NCBI RefSeq assembly: GCF_046119375.1
Contig: NW_027362761.1
Coordinates: 604,128,001 to 604,192,000 of the forward strand
Direction: 5' to 3'
From: Phyllobates terribilis
Lineage: Eukaryota
DNA: 64,000 nt
In this document: positions 11,117 to 26,141 of the stretch, in pieces
Numbering within the stretch: the stretch's first letter is position 1
How the letters are laid out: the number at the start of each line of letters is the position of its first letter
Notes under the pieces: model-generated
What the model was told of the DNA's origin: nothing
Seen by the model: only the letters and a program-made list of their open reading frames with translations
The model's database searches: none
Made by a program: the position numbers and the translations under genes

Positions 11117-11795
11117 ATCTCACAATAAACCAATTTTTTTTAACTACTCTATATATTGTATTATTGCAATCCTCAAAATGTGTAAATGTATTGTTTTACT
11201 ATTATGCTTTGTCAACTACAAAATAGCACAATTCACAGTGAATTTCAGGAATGAGAAAGTGACTTTTTTCTCATCCCATGTAGATTCAGATTGTCTTTTC
11301 CTTTGATTTGCAGTACAAATATTTCTACAAAAAATGGGCTTTATTTGAATCTGCTCCAATAAGGAAAAATTATCCATAGCATGCACGTACGCCTTTCCTT
11401 AATTTGCAGTATTGATCTATGAGTTTAATAATTTCACAATTTCATGTGTGGATGTCCTAACTTTAACTTTTTTTATATACATATAGTAAAGCATTAAACA
11501 AATCCTCTAAAACTCTGCATATTTCAACTGCAATATAAGCTAACAAACACAATCTAACATCTTTATACAAAAAAATATTAATGTTGGTTGAAAAATGTAG
11601 TTAGATATGCGATGGATATTTACTTGGGGTGAATGTTACCCCCCATGGCCATCCCACTCAAGTGTATAAAAAGTGATATTTTAAAACACAAAATAAAACA
11701 AAAGTTATATGTTTGAGGTTTATTTTCTTTAGGAATTCACAGTTTTTCCATCTAATGGAAATTAATATGCTCTGTTACTCTTTAGACATCAGTAA

Positions 11796-12069
11796 TCTTA
11801 TTTATTTATTTTACTCACTTATATAGCGCCATTAATTCCACAGCGCTTCACAGACAATATTGACACTGTCCCCCATTGGGGCTCACAATCTAAATTCCCT
11901 ATCAGTATGTCTTAGGAGTGTGGGAAGAAAACAGAGAAGCCGGAAGAAACCCATGCAAACACGGGGAGAACATACAAACTCTTTGCAGATGTTGTCCTTG
12001 GTGGGTTTTGAACCCAGGACCCCAGCGCTGCGAGGCTGCAGTGCTATCCACAGAGCCACTGTGCTTCCC
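11796..12069 (-). mobile_element. SINE copy, spacer 2
   Basis: Co-amplified with the unit (+3005). Confidence 0.88.
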
Positions 12070-12797
12070 TATTTACTTGGGGTGAATGTCACCCCCATGG
12101 CCTTCCCACTCAAGTGTATATAAAGTGATATTTTTAAAACACAAGATGAAATAAAAGTTATATGTTTGATGTTTATTTTCTTTAGGAACTTCAGGAATTC
12201 ATAGTTTCTAAATCTAATAGGCATGAATATGCTTTGTTAATCTTTAGACATCAGTAATCAGACTGAAATCAATGTGATAAAGGAATCATTCAGAGCTAAT
12301 CCTGCAAGTAAGCAAATATCAACATGCAGCATTTCAATGCAAGTTAGGTCAATGCACGTTAGCATCTCCATAGCTGGTAGCTACAACCTCACACCCAATG
12401 TATTCAACCCTCTATTGTCTATTCACATGCAATTACAGGAGTGTCAACTGACCATACACTGAAATTGGGAAGTGAACAGAAACTAAATGACTGGTAAGGT
12501 GCAAGGCACAGGTACTTTAAATGTCTTTACCAGAGTGTCCACTAACTGTAGACAAGTCTACAAGAACATTATTGAAATGCAAATTCACTGAAAGTTCAAT
12601 AAAGAATACAAAACTTGTGAATTGACTCTCAACCAATTAGACAACTCATAGACTTGTGTGCCTCATTTTCACCCCTTATATAAACCAATCCTTGTATTCT
12701 CTGGTCAGTGATTTTCTCTGCTTTCAGGGACGACTTCTACCTTGAGGACACTTTGACTTGGCTTTTTTCTTTTCCCTTACAACTTCTAAGGGAAACA

Positions 12798-14121
12798 ATG
12801 GCCTTCAGCGTACAAAATGTGGATCTTATCCAGGAAAGACTTGTTTGCATTGCTTCCCAATGTACAGTAGAGATAGATCTACAGGAGAACTTCCATGTGT
12901 TACAGAAGCTTGGGAATGGGGGCTATGGCTCTGTGCTCATGGTACAGGACAAGAAAACAGGTCAGTGTGGTCAATTATCTATCACTATAGATATGGAATT
13001 ATGTTAAGATCATTACAAGATGGTATATCCATGGTTTAGATATAATGGAGGAGTTTTATATATTGTCCATGCATTTAGGTACATGGAAAAATGGGGTAAA
13101 TCGTCCCAAATTTATCAGAAATGTGTATTTGACTTAACAAAATCTTACTTCTATCTCATATTAGAATCATAGTTGAAGAATCAATGAGTAAGAGGACATG
13201 TTCACAATAATTTTGGTAGTTTTATTTAGACTAATGAGAAAAACACTACAAAGACCTATATGTGATACAAGGAATTCTGTTTCTTTTATCAATAGATCAA
13301 AAAATGGCATTGAAGGTTCTGAACAAGAATAAAACAACTGAATTTGCCTTTCTCATGGAGTTCAGCATGTCCTTCTTCCTCTCCTTCCATCCCAACATCA
13401 TCGGAACTTATGGCATTGCCTTCAAGACATGTGACCACTTTGCCTTTCCTTTGGAGCTGGCGATGGGTGACCTGTCTTCTTTCATTACACCTCATGTAAG
13501 TTGAAGTCCCTGAATTACCCAGAAAACTACAATCCTAATATTCTTCGTTCCTGTAATATTGTCGTGTTGACTTTATTTATTTCTCTATTCCAGAATGGAC
13601 TCCCAGAAGACACAGTAAAGAGATGTGCAGTGCAGCTCTCCAGTGCCCTGGAATTCATAGACAGTAAAGGGTTGGTGCATCTGGATATCAAGCCCAGAAA
13701 TATCTTGGTGTTTGATAAGGATTGCCACTGTATCAAAATTAGAGACTTCGGCCTCTCATGTGTCAAAGGGTCAATGATGAAAAAACGGTTTGGCACCATC
13801 TCATATATGGCTCCGGAGATGACACAACTTCCTGACATGGACGCTTTGCGAGTGGACTACGCCTTGGATGTATGGGCCTTAGGGATTGTTCTCTACCGCT
13901 TGCTCACCGGAGACTTGCCCTGGCAGTCCGCAGTTTCCACAGACAATGGTTACTGTAGTTTTGTTGAATGGCAAAAATTTGAGAGTGTTGGGCCACCGTC
14001 ACCATGGAGCAGATTTCCACGTGGAGTACTAAAGATGTTCAGTGGACTTTTAGCCATAGATTGTAATAAGAGAAGTAAATCGACTGATGTATTGACCTTC
14101 TTGGGTGAATGTTGGAAATAA
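12798..14121 (+). CDS. SBK-like kinase copy 3 (intact)
   Basis: Same exons +6010. F117, T171R (KIRDFG). Confidence 0.92.
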
Positions 14122-14800
14122 ATCTCACAATAAACCAATTTTTTTTAACTACTCTATATATTGTATTATTGCAATCCTCAAAATGTGTAAATGTATTGTT
14201 TTACTATTATGCTTTGTCAACTACAAAATAGCACAATTCACAGTGAATTTCAGGAATGAGAAAGTGACTTTTTTCTCATCCCATGTAGATTCAGATTGTC
14301 TTTTCCTTTGATTTGCAGTACAAATATTTTTACAAAAAATGGGCTTTATTTGAATCTGCTCCAATAAGGAAAAATTATCCATAGCATGCACGTACGCCTT
14401 TCCTTAATTTGCAGTATTGATCTATGAGTTTAATAATTTCACAATTTCATGTGTGGATGTCCTAACTTTAACTTTTTTTATATACATATAGTAAAGCATT
14501 AAACAAATCCTCTAAAACTCTGCATATTTCAACTGCAATATAAGCTAACAAACACAATCTAACATCTTTATACAAAAAAATATTAATGTTGGTTGAAAAA
14601 TGTAGTTAGATATGCGATGGATATTTACTTGGGGTGAATGTTACCCCCCATGGCCATCCCACTCAAGTGTATAAAAAGTGATATTTTAAAACACAAAATA
14701 AAACAAAAGTTATATGTTTGAGGTTTATTTTCTTTAGGAATTCACAGTTTTTCCATCTAATGGAAATTAATATGCTCTGTTACTCTTTAGACATCAGTAA

Positions 14801-15074
14801 TCTTATTTATTTATTTTACTCACTTATATAGCGCCATTAATTCCACAGCGCTTCACAGACAATATTGACACTGTCCCCCATTGGGGCTCACAATCTAAAT
14901 TCCCTATCAGTATGTCTTAGGAGTGTGGGAAGAAAACAGAGAAGCCGGAAGAAACCCATGCAAACACGGGGAGAACATACAAACTCTTTGCAGATGTTGT
15001 CCTTGGTGGGTTTTGAACCCAGGACCCCAGCGCTGCGAGGCTGCAGTGCTATCCACAGAGCCACTGTGCTTCCC
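14801..15074 (-). mobile_element. SINE copy, spacer 3
   Basis: Co-amplified with the unit. Confidence 0.88.
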
Positions 15075-15802
15075 TATTTACTTGGGGTGAATGTCACCCC
15101 CATGGCCTTCCCACTCAAGTGTATATAAAGTGATATTTTTAAAACACAAGATGAAATAAAAGTTATATGTTTGATGTTTATTTTCTTTAGGAACTTCAGG
15201 AATTCATAGTTTCTAAATCTAATAGGCATGAATATGCTTTGTTAATCTTTAGACATCAGTAATCAGACTGAAATCAATGTGATAAAGGAATCATTCAGAG
15301 CTAATCCTGCATGTAAGCAAATATCAACATGCAGCATTTCAATGCAAGTTAGGTCAATGCACGTTAGCATCTCCATAGCTGGTAGCTACAACCTCACACC
15401 CAATGTATTCAACCCTCTATTGTCTATTCACATGCAATTACAGGAGTGTCAACTGACCATACACTGAAATTGGGAAGTGAACAGAAACTAAATGACTGGT
15501 AAGGTGCAAGGCACAGGTACTTTAAATGTCTTTACCAGAGTGTCCACTAACTGTAGACAAGTCTACAAGAACATTATTGAAATGCAAATTCACTGAAAGT
15601 TCAATAAAGAATACAAAACTTGTGAATTGACTCTCAACCAATTAGACAACTCATAGACTTGTGTGCCTCATTTTCACCCCTTATATAAACCAATCCTTGT
15701 ATTCTCTGGTCAGTGATTTTCTCTGCTTTCAGGGACGACTTCTACCTTGAGGACACTTTGACTTGGCCTTTTTCTTTTCCCTTACAACTTCTAAGGGAAA
15801 CA

Positions 15803-17126
15803 ATGGCCTTCAGCGTACAAAATGTGGATCTTATCCAGGAAAGACTTGTTTGCATTGCTTCCCAATGTACAGTAGAGATAGATCTACAGGAGAACTTCCA
15901 TGTGTTACAGAAGCTTGGGAATGGGGGCTATGGCTCTGTGCTCATGGTACAGGACAAGAAAACAGGTCAGTGTGGTCAATTATCTATCACTATAGATATG
16001 GAATTATGTTAAGATCATTACAAGATGGTATATCCATGGTTTAGATATAATGGAGGAGTTTTATATATTGTCCATGCATTTAGGTACATGGAAAAATGGG
16101 GTAAATCGTCCCAAATTTATCAGAAATGTGTATTTGACTTAACAAAATCTTACTTCTATCTCATATTAGAATCATAGTTGAAGAATCAATGAGTAAGAGG
16201 ACATGTTCACAATAATTTTGGTAGTTTTATTTAGACTAATGAGAAAAACACTATAAAGACCTATATGTGATACAAGGAATTCTGTTTCTTTTATCAATAG
16301 ATCAAAAAATGGCATTGAAGGTTCTGAACAAGAATAAAACAACTGAATTTGCCTTTCTCATGGAGTTCAGCATGTCCTTCTTCCTCTCCTTCCATCCCAA
16401 CATCATCGGAACTTATGGCATTGCCTTCAAGACATGTGACCACTTTGCCTTTCCTTTGGAGCTGGCGATGGGTGACCTGTCTTCTCTCATTACACCTCAT
16501 GTAAGTTGAAGTCCCTGAATTACCCAGAAAACTACAATCCTAATATTCTTCGTTCCTGTAATATTGTCGTGTTGACTTTATTTATTTCTCTATTCCAGAA
16601 TGGACTCCCAGAAGACACAGTAAAGAGATGTGCAGTGCAGCTCTCCAGTGCCCTGGAATTCATAGACAGTAAAGGGTTGGTGCATCTGGATATCAAGCCC
16701 AGAAATATCTTGGTGTTTGATAAGGATTGCCACTGTATCAAAATTAGAGACTTCGGCCTCTCATGTGTCAAAGGGTCAATGATGAAAAAACGGTTTGGCA
16801 CCATCTCATATATGGCTCCGGAGATGACACAACTTCCTCACATGGACGCTTTGCGAGTGGACTACGCCTTGGATGTATGGGCCTTAGGGATTGTTCTCTA
16901 CCGCTTGCTCACCGGAGACTTGCCCTGGCAGTCCGCAGTTTCCACAGACAATGGTTACTGTAGTTTTGTTGAATGGCAAAAATTTGAGAGTGTTGGGCCA
17001 CCGTCACCATGGAGCAGATTTCCACGTGGAGTACTAAAGATGTTCAGTGGACTTTTAGCCATAGATTGTAATAAGAGAAGTAAATCGACTGATGTATTGA
17101 CCTTCTTGGGTGAATGTTGGAAATAA
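15803..17126 (+). CDS. SBK-like kinase copy 4 (intact)
   Basis: Same exons +9015. T171R, D202H. Confidence 0.92.
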
Positions 17127-17805
17127 ATCTCACAATAAACCAATTTTTTTTAACTACTCTATATATTGTATTATTGCAATCCTCAAAATGTGTAAATGTA
17201 TTGTTTTACTATTATGCTTTGTCAACTACAAAATAGCACAATTCACAGTGAATTTCAGGAATGAGAAAGTGACTTTTTTCTCATCCCATGTAGATTCAGA
17301 TTGTCTTTTCCTTTGATTTGCAGTACAAATATTTCTACAAAAAATGGGCTTTATTTGAATCTGCTCCAATAAGGAAAAATTATCCATAGCATGCACGTAC
17401 GCCTTTCCTTAATTTGCAGTATTGATCTATGAGTTTAATAATTTCACAATTTCATGTGTGGATGTCCTAACTTTAACTTTTTTTATATACATATAGTAAA
17501 GCATTAAACAAATCCTCTAAAACTCTGCATATTTCAACTGCAATATAAGCTAACAAACACAATCTAACATCTTTATACAAAAAAATATTAATGTTGGTTG
17601 AAAAATGTAGTTAGATATGCGATGGATATTTACTTGGGGTGAATGTTACCCCCCATGGCCATCCCACTCAAGTGTATAAAAAGTGATATTTTAAAACACA
17701 AAATAAAACAAAAGTTATATGTTTGAGGTTTATTTTCTTTAGGAATTCACAGTTTTTCCATCTAATGGAAATTAATATGCTCTGTTACTCTTTAGACATC
17801 AGTAA

Positions 17806-18079
17806 TCTTATTTATTTATTTTACTCACTTATATAGCGCCATTAATTCCACAGCGCTTCACAGACAATATTGACACTGTCCCCCATTGGGGCTCACAATC
17901 TAAATTCCCTATCAGTATGTCTTAGGAGTGTGGGAAGAAAACAGAGAAGCCGGAAGAAACCCATGCAAACACGGGGAGAACATACAAACTCTTTGCAGAT
18001 GTTGTCCTTGGTGGGTTTTGAACCCAGGACCCCAGCGCTGCGAGGCTGCAGTGCTATCCACAGAGCCACTGTGCTTCCC
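17806..18079 (-). mobile_element. SINE copy, spacer 4
   Basis: Co-amplified with the unit. Confidence 0.88.
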
Positions 18080-18807
18080 TATTTACTTGGGGTGAATGTC
18101 ACCCCCATGGCCTTCCCACTCAAGTGTATATAAAGTGATATTTTTAAAACACAAGATGAAATAAAAGTTATATGTTTGATGTTTATTTTCTTTAGGAACT
18201 TCAGGAATTCATAGTTTCTAAATCTAATAGGCATGAATATGCTTTGTTAATCTTTAGACATCAGTAATCAGACTGAAATCAATGTGATAAAGGAATCATT
18301 CAGAGCTAATCCTGCATGTAAGCAAATATCAACATGCAGCATTTCAATGCAAGTTAGGTCAATGCACGTTAGCATCTCCATAGCTGGTAGCTACAACCTC
18401 ACACCCAATGTATTCAACCCTCTATTGTCTATTCACATGCAATTACAGGAGTGTCAACTGACCATACACTGAAATTGGGAAGTGAACAGAAACTAAATGA
18501 CTGGTAAGGTGCAAGGCACAGGTACTTTAAATGTCTTTACCAGAGTGTCCACTAACTGTAGACAAGTCTACAAGAACATTATTGAAATGCAAATTCACTG
18601 AAAGTTCAATAAAGAATACAAAACTTGTGAATTGACTCTCAACCAATTAGACAACTCATAGACTTGTGTGCCTCATTTTCACCCCTTATATAAACCAATC
18701 CTTGTATTCTCTGGTCAGTGATTTTCTCTGCTTTCAGGGACGACTTCTACCTTGAGGACACTTTGACTTGGCCTTTTTCTTTTCCCTTACAACTTCTAAG
18801 GGAAACA

Positions 18808-20131
18808 ATGGCCTTCAGCGTACAAAATGTGGATCTTATCCAGGAAAGACTTGTTTGCATTGCTTCCCAATGTACAGTAGAGATAGATCTACAGTAGAAC
18901 TTCCATGTGTTACAGAAGCTTGGGAATGGGGGCTATGGCTCTGTGCTCATGGTACAGGACAAGAAAACAGGTCAGTGTGGTCAATTATCTATCACTATAG
19001 ATATGGAATTATGTTAAGATCATTACAAGATGGTATATCCATGGTTTAGATATAATGGAGGAGTTTTATATATTGTCCATGCATTTAGGTACATGGAAAA
19101 ATGGGGTAAATCGTCCCAAATTTATCAGAAATGTGTATTTGACTTAACAAAATCTTACTTCTATCTCATATTAGAATCATAGTTGAAGAATCAATGAGTA
19201 AGAGGACATGTTCACAATAATTTTGGTAGTTTTATTTAGACTAATGAGAAAAACACTATAAAGACCTATATGTGATACAAGGAATTCTGTTTCTTTTATC
19301 AATAGATCAAAAAATGGCATTGAAGGTTCTGAACAAGAATAAAACAACTGAATTTGCCTTTCTCATGGAGTTCAGCATGTCCTTCTTCCTCTCCTTCCAT
19401 CCCAACATCATCGGAACTTATGGCATTGCCTTCAAGACATGTGACCACTTTGCCTTTCCTTTGGAGCTGGCGATGGGTGACCTGTCTTCTCTCATTACAC
19501 CTCATGTAAGTTGAAGTCCCTGAATTACCCAGAAAACTACAATCCTAATATTCTTCGTTCCTGTAATATTGTCGTGTTGACTTTATTTATTTCTCTATTC
19601 CAGAATGGACTCCCAGAAGACACAGTAAAGAGATGTGCAGTGCAGCTCTCCAGTGCCCTGGAATTCATAGACAGTAAAGGGTTGGTGCATCTGGATATCA
19701 AGCCCAGAAATATCTTGGTGTTTGATAAGGATTGCCACTGTATCAAAATTAGAGACTTCGGCCTCTCATGTGTCAAAGGGTCAATGATGAAAAAACGGTT
19801 TGGCACCATCTCATATATGGCTCCGGAGATGACACAACTTCCTCACATGGACGCTTTGCGAGTGGACTACGCCTTGGATGTATGGGCCTTAGGGATTGTT
19901 CTCTACCGCTTGCTCACCGGAGACTTGCCCTGGCAGTCCGCAGTTTCCACAGACAATGGTTACTGTAGTTTTGTTGAATGGCAAAAATTTGAGAGTGTTG
20001 GGCCACCGTCACCATGGAGCAGATTTCCACGTGGAGTACTAAAGATGTTCAGTGGACTTTTAGCCATAGATTGTAATAAGAGAAGTAAATCGACTGATGT
20101 ATTGACCTTCTTGGGTGAATGTTGGAAATAA
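18808..20131 (+). pseudogene. SBK-like kinase copy 5, nonsense allele E30*
   Basis: GAG>TAG at 18895-18897 in exon 1 (codon 30). Otherwise like copy 4 (R171, H202). Confidence 0.92.
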
Positions 20132-20810
20132 ATCTCACAATAAACCAATTTTTTTTAACTACTCTATATATTGTATTATTGCAATCCTCAAAATGTGTAA
20201 ATGTATTGTTTTACTATTATGCTTTGTCAACTACAAAATAGCACAATTCACAGTGAATTTCAGGAATGAGAAAGTGACTTTTTTCTCATCCCATGTAGAT
20301 TCAGATTGTCTTTTCCTTTGATTTGCAGTACAAATATTTCTACAAAAAATGGGCTTTATTTGAATCTGCTCCAATAAGGAAAAATTATCCATAGCATGCA
20401 CGTACGCCTTTCCTTAATTTGCAGTATTGATCTATGAGTTTAATAATTTCACAATTTCATGTGTGGATGTCCTAACTTTAACTTTTTTTATATACATATA
20501 GTAAAGCATTAAACAAATCCTCTAAAACTCTGCATATTTCAACTGCAATATAAGCTAACAAACACAATCTAACATCTTTATACAAAAAAATATTAATGTT
20601 GGTTGAAAAATGTAGTTAGATATGCGATGGATATTTACTTGGGGTGAATGTTACCCCCCATGGCCATCCCACTCAAGTGTATAAAAAGTGATATTTTAAA
20701 ACACAAAATAAAACAAAAGTTATATGTTTGAGGTTTATTTTCTTTAGGAATTCACAGTTTTTCCATCTAATGGAAATTAATATGCTCTGTTACTCTTTAG
20801 ACATCAGTAA

Positions 20811-21084
20811 TCTTATTTATTTATTTTACTCACTTATATAGCGCCATTAATTCCACAGCGCTTCACAGACAATATTGACACTGTCCCCCATTGGGGCTCA
20901 CAATCTAAATTCCCTATCAGTATGTCTTAGGAGTGTGGGAAGAAAACAGAGAAGCCGGAAGAAACCCATGCAAACACGGGGAGAACATACAAACTCTTTG
21001 CAGATGTTGTCCTTGGTGGGTTTTGAACCCAGGACCCCAGCGCTGCGAGGCTGCAGTGCTATCCACAGAGCCACTGTGCTTCCC
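20811..21084 (-). mobile_element. SINE copy, spacer 5
   Basis: Co-amplified with the unit. Confidence 0.88.
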
Positions 21085-21812
21085 TATTTACTTGGGGTGA
21101 ATGTCACCCCCATGGCCTTCCCACTCAAGTGTATATAAAGTGATATTTTTAAAACACAAGATGAAATAAAAGTTATATGTTTGATGTTTATTTTCTTTAG
21201 GAACTTCAGGAATTCATAGTTTCTAAATCTAATAGGCATGAATATGCTTTGTTAATCTTTAGACATCAGTAATCAGACTGAAATCAATGTGATAAAGGAA
21301 TCATTCAGAGCTAATCCTGCATGTAAGCAAATATCAACATGCAGCATTTCAATGCAAGTTAGGTCAATGCACGTTAGCATCTCCATAGCTGGTAGCTACA
21401 ACCTCACACCCAATGTATTCAACCCTCTATTGTCTATTCACATGCAATTACAGGAGTGTCAACTGACCATACACTGAAATTGGGAAGTGAACAGAAACTA
21501 AATGACTGGTAAGGTGCAAGGCACAGGTACTTTAAATGTCTTTACCAGAGTGTCCACTAACTGTAGACAAGTCTACAAGAACATTATTGAAATGCAAATT
21601 CACTGAAAGTTCAATAAAGAATACAAAACTTGTGAATTGACTCTCAACCAATTAGACAACTCATAGACTTGTGTGCCTCATTTTCACCCCTTATATAAAC
21701 CAATCCTTGTATTCTCTGGTCAGTGATTTTCTCTGCTTTCAGGGACGACTTCTACCTTGAGGACACTTTGACTTGGCCTTTTTCTTTTCCCTTACAACTT
21801 CTAAGGGAAACA

Positions 21813-23136
21813 ATGGCCTTCAGCGTACAAAATGTGGATCTTATCCAGGAAAGACTTGTTTGCATTGCTTCCCAATGTACAGTAGAGATAGATCTACAGG
21901 AGAACTTCCATGTGTTACAGAAGCTTGGGAATGGGGGCTATGGCTCTGTGCTCATGGTACAGGACAAGAAAACAGGTCAGTGTGGTCAATTATCTATCAC
22001 TATAGATATGGAATTATGTTAAGATCATTACAAGATGGTATATCCATGGTTTAGATATAATGGAGGAGTTTTATATATTGTCCATGCATTTAGGTACATG
22101 GAAAAATGGGGTAAATCGTCCCAAATTTATCAGAAATGTGTATTTGACTTAACAACATCTTACTTCTATCTCATATTAGAATCATAGTTGAAGAATCAAT
22201 GAGTAAGAGGACATGTTCACAATAATTTTGGTAGTTTTATTTAGACTAATGAGAAAAACACTATAAAGACCTATATGTGATACAAGGAATTCTGTTTCTT
22301 TTATCAATAGATCAAAAAATGGCATTGAAGGTTCTGAACAAGAATAAAACAACTGAATTTGCCTTTCTCATGGAGTTCAGCATGTCCTTCTTCCTCTCCT
22401 TCCATCCCAACATCATCGGAACTTATGGCATTGCCTTCAAGACATGTGACCACTTTGCCTTTCCTTTGGAGCTGGCGATGGGTGACCTGTCTTCTCTCAT
22501 TACACCTCATGTAAGTTGAAGTCCCTGAATTACCCAGAAAACTACAATCCTAATATTCTTCGTTCCTGTAATATTGTCGTGTTGACTTTATTTATTTCTC
22601 TATTCCAGAATGGACTCCCAGAAGACACAGTAAAGAGATGTGCAGTGCAGCTCTCCAGTGCCCTGGAATTCATAGACAGTAAAGGGTTGGTGCATCTGGA
22701 TATCAAGCCCAGAAATATCTTGGTGTTTGATAAGGATTGCCACTGTATCAAAATTACAGACTTCGGCCTCTCATGTGTCAAAGGGTCAATGATGAAAAAA
22801 CGGTTTGGCACCATCTCATATATGGCTCCGGAGAGGACACAACTTCCTGACATGGACGCTTTGCGAGTGGACTACGCCTTGGATGTATGGGCCTTAGGGA
22901 TTGTTCTCTACCGCTTGCTCACCGGAGACTTGCCCTGGCAGTCCGCAGTTTCCACAGACAATGGTTACTGTAGTTTTGTTGAATGGCAAAAATTTGAGAG
23001 TGTTGGGCCACCGTCACCATGGAGCAGATTTCCACGTGGAGTACTAAAGATGTTCAGTGGACTTTTAGCCATAGATTGTAATAAGAGAAGTAAATCGACT
23101 GATGTATTGACCTTCTTGGGTGAATGTTGGAAATAA
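21813..23136 (+). CDS. SBK-like kinase copy 6 (intact)
   Basis: Same exons +15025. M197R (APER). Confidence 0.92.
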
Positions 23137-23815
23137 ATCTCACAATAAACCAATTTTTTTTAACTGCTCTATATATTGTATTATTGCAATCCTCAAAATG
23201 TGTAAATGTATTGTTTTACTATTATGCTTTGTCAACTACAAAATAGCACAATTCACAGTGAATTTCAGGAATGAGAAAGTGACTTTTTTCTCATCCCATG
23301 TAGATTCAGATTGTCTTTTCCTTTGATTTGCAGTACAAATATTTCTACAAAAAATGGGCTTTATTTGAATCTGCTCCAATAAGGAAAAATTATCCATAGC
23401 ATGCACGTACGCCTTTCCTTAATTTGCAGTATTGATCTATGAGTTTAATAATTTCACAATTTCATGTGTGGATGTCCTAACTTTAACTTTTTTTATATAC
23501 ATATAGTAAAGCATTAAACAAATCCTCTAAAACTCTGCATATTTCAACTGCAATATAAGCTAACAAACACAATCTAACATCTTTATACAAAAAAATATTA
23601 ATGTTGGTTGAAAAATGTAGTTAGATATGCGATGGATATTTACTTGGGGTGAATGTTACCCCCCATGGCCATCCCACTCAAGTGTATAAAAAGTGATATT
23701 TTAAAACACAAAATAAAACAAAAGTTATATGTTTGAGGTTTATTTTCTTTAGGAATTCACAGTTTTTCCATCTAATGGAAATTAATATGCTCTGTTACTC
23801 TTTAGACATCAGTAA

Positions 23816-24089
23816 TCTTATTTATTTATTTTACTCACTTATATAGCGCCATTAATTCCACAGCGCTTCACAGACAATATTGACACTGTCCCCCATTGGG
23901 GCTCACAATCTAAATTCCCTATCAGTATGTCTTAGGAGTGTGGGAAGAAAACAGAGAAGCCGGAAGAAACCCATGCAAACACGGGGAGAACATACAAACT
24001 CTTTGCAGATGTTGTCCTTGGTGGGTTTTGAACCCAGGACCCCAGCGCTGCGAGGCTGCAGTGCTATCCACAGAGCCACTGTGCTTCCC
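23816..24089 (-). mobile_element. SINE copy, spacer 6
   Basis: Co-amplified with the unit. Confidence 0.88.
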
Positions 24090-24817
24090 TATTTACTTGG
24101 GGTGAATGTCACCCCCATGGCCTTCCCACTCAAGTGTATATAAAGTGATATTTTTAAAACACAAGATGAAATAAAAGTTATATGTTTGATGTTTATTTTC
24201 TTTAGGAACTTCAGGAATTCATAGTTTCTAAATCTAATAGGCATGAATATGCTTTGTTAATCTTTAGACATCAGTAATCAGACTGAAATCAATGTGATAA
24301 AGGAATCATTCAGAGCTAATCCTGCATGTAAGCAAATATCAACATGCAGCATTTCAATGCAAGTTAGGTCAATGCACGTTAGCATCTCCATAGCTGGTAG
24401 CTACAACCTCACACCCAATGTATTCAACCCTCTATTGTCTATTCACATGCAATTACAGGAGTGTCAACTGACCATACACTGAAATTGGGAAGTGAACAGA
24501 AACTAAATGACTGGTAAGGTGCAAGGCACAGGTACTTTAAATGTCTTTACCAGAGTGTCCACTAACTGTAGACAAGTCTACAAGAACATTATTGAAATGC
24601 AAATTCACTGAAAGTTCAATAAAGAATACAAAACTTGTGAATTGACTCTCAACCAATTAGACAACTCATAGACTTGTGTGCCTCATTTTCACCCCTTATA
24701 TAAACCAATCCTTGTATTCTCTGGTCAGTGATTTTCTCTGCTTTCAGGGACGACTTCTACCTTGAGGACACTTTGACTTGGCCTTTTTCTTTTCCCTTAC
24801 AACTTCTAAGGGAAACA

Positions 24818-26141
24818 ATGGCCTTCAGCGTACAAAATGTGGATCTTATCCAGGAAAGACTTGTTTGCATTGCTTCCCAATGTACAGTAGAGATAGATCT
24901 ACAGGAGAACTTCCATGTGTTACAGAAGCTTGGGAATGGGGGCTATGGCTCTGTGCTCATGGTACAGGACAAGAAAACAGGTCAGTGTGGTCAATTATCT
25001 ATCACTATAGATATGGAATTATGTTAAGATCATTACAAGATGGTATATCCATGGTTTAGATATAATGGAGGAGTTTTATATATTGTCCATGCATTTAGGT
25101 ACATGGAAAAATGGGGTAAATCGTCCCAAATTTATCAGAAATGTGTATTTGACTTAACAACATCTTACTTCTATCTCATATTAGAATCATAGTTGAAGAA
25201 TCAATGAGTAAGAGGACATGTTCACAATAATTTTGGTAGTTTTATTTAGACTAATGAGAAAAACACTATAAAGACCTATATGTGATACAAGGAATTCTGT
25301 TTCTTTTATCAATAGATCAAAAAATGGCATTGAAGGTTCTGAACAAGAATAAAACAACTGAATTTGCCTTTCTCATGGAGTTCAGCATGTCCTTCTTCCT
25401 CTCCTTCCATCCCAACATCATCGGAACTTATGGCATTGCCTTCAAGACATGTGACCACTTTGCCTTTCCTTTGGAGCTGGCGATGGGTGACCTGTCTTCT
25501 CTCATTACACCTCATGTAAGTTGAAGTCCCTGAATTACCCAGAAAACTACAATCCTAATATTCTTCGTTCCAGTAATATTGTCGTGTTGACTTTATTTAT
25601 TTCTCTATTCCAGAATGGACTCCCAGAAGACACAGTAAAGAGATGTGCAGTGCAGCTCTCCAGTGCCCTGGAATTCATAGACAGTAAAGGGTTGGTGCAT
25701 CTGGATATCAAGCCCAGAAATATCTTGGTGTTTGATAAGGATTGCCACTGTATCAAAATTACAGACTTCGGCCTCTCATGTGTCAAAGGGTCAATGATGA
25801 AAAAACGGTTTGGCACCATCTCATATATGGCTCCGGAGATGACACAACTTCCTGACATGGACGCTTTGCGAGTGGACTACGCCTTGGATGTATGGGCCTT
25901 AGGGATTGTTCTCTACCGCTTGCTCACCGGAGACTTGCCCTGGCAGTCCGCAGTTTCCACAGACAATGGTTACTGTAGTTTTGTTGAATGGCAAAAATTT
26001 GAGAGTGTTGGGCCACCGTCACCATGGAGCAGATTTCCACGTGGAGTACTAAAGATGTTCAGTGGACTTTTAGCCATAGATTGTAATAAGAGAAGTAAAT
26101 CGACTGATGTATTGACCTTCTTGGGTGAATGTTGGAAATAA
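24818..26141 (+). CDS. SBK-like kinase copy 7 (intact; protein identical to copy 2)
   Basis: Same exons +18030. Confidence 0.92.
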
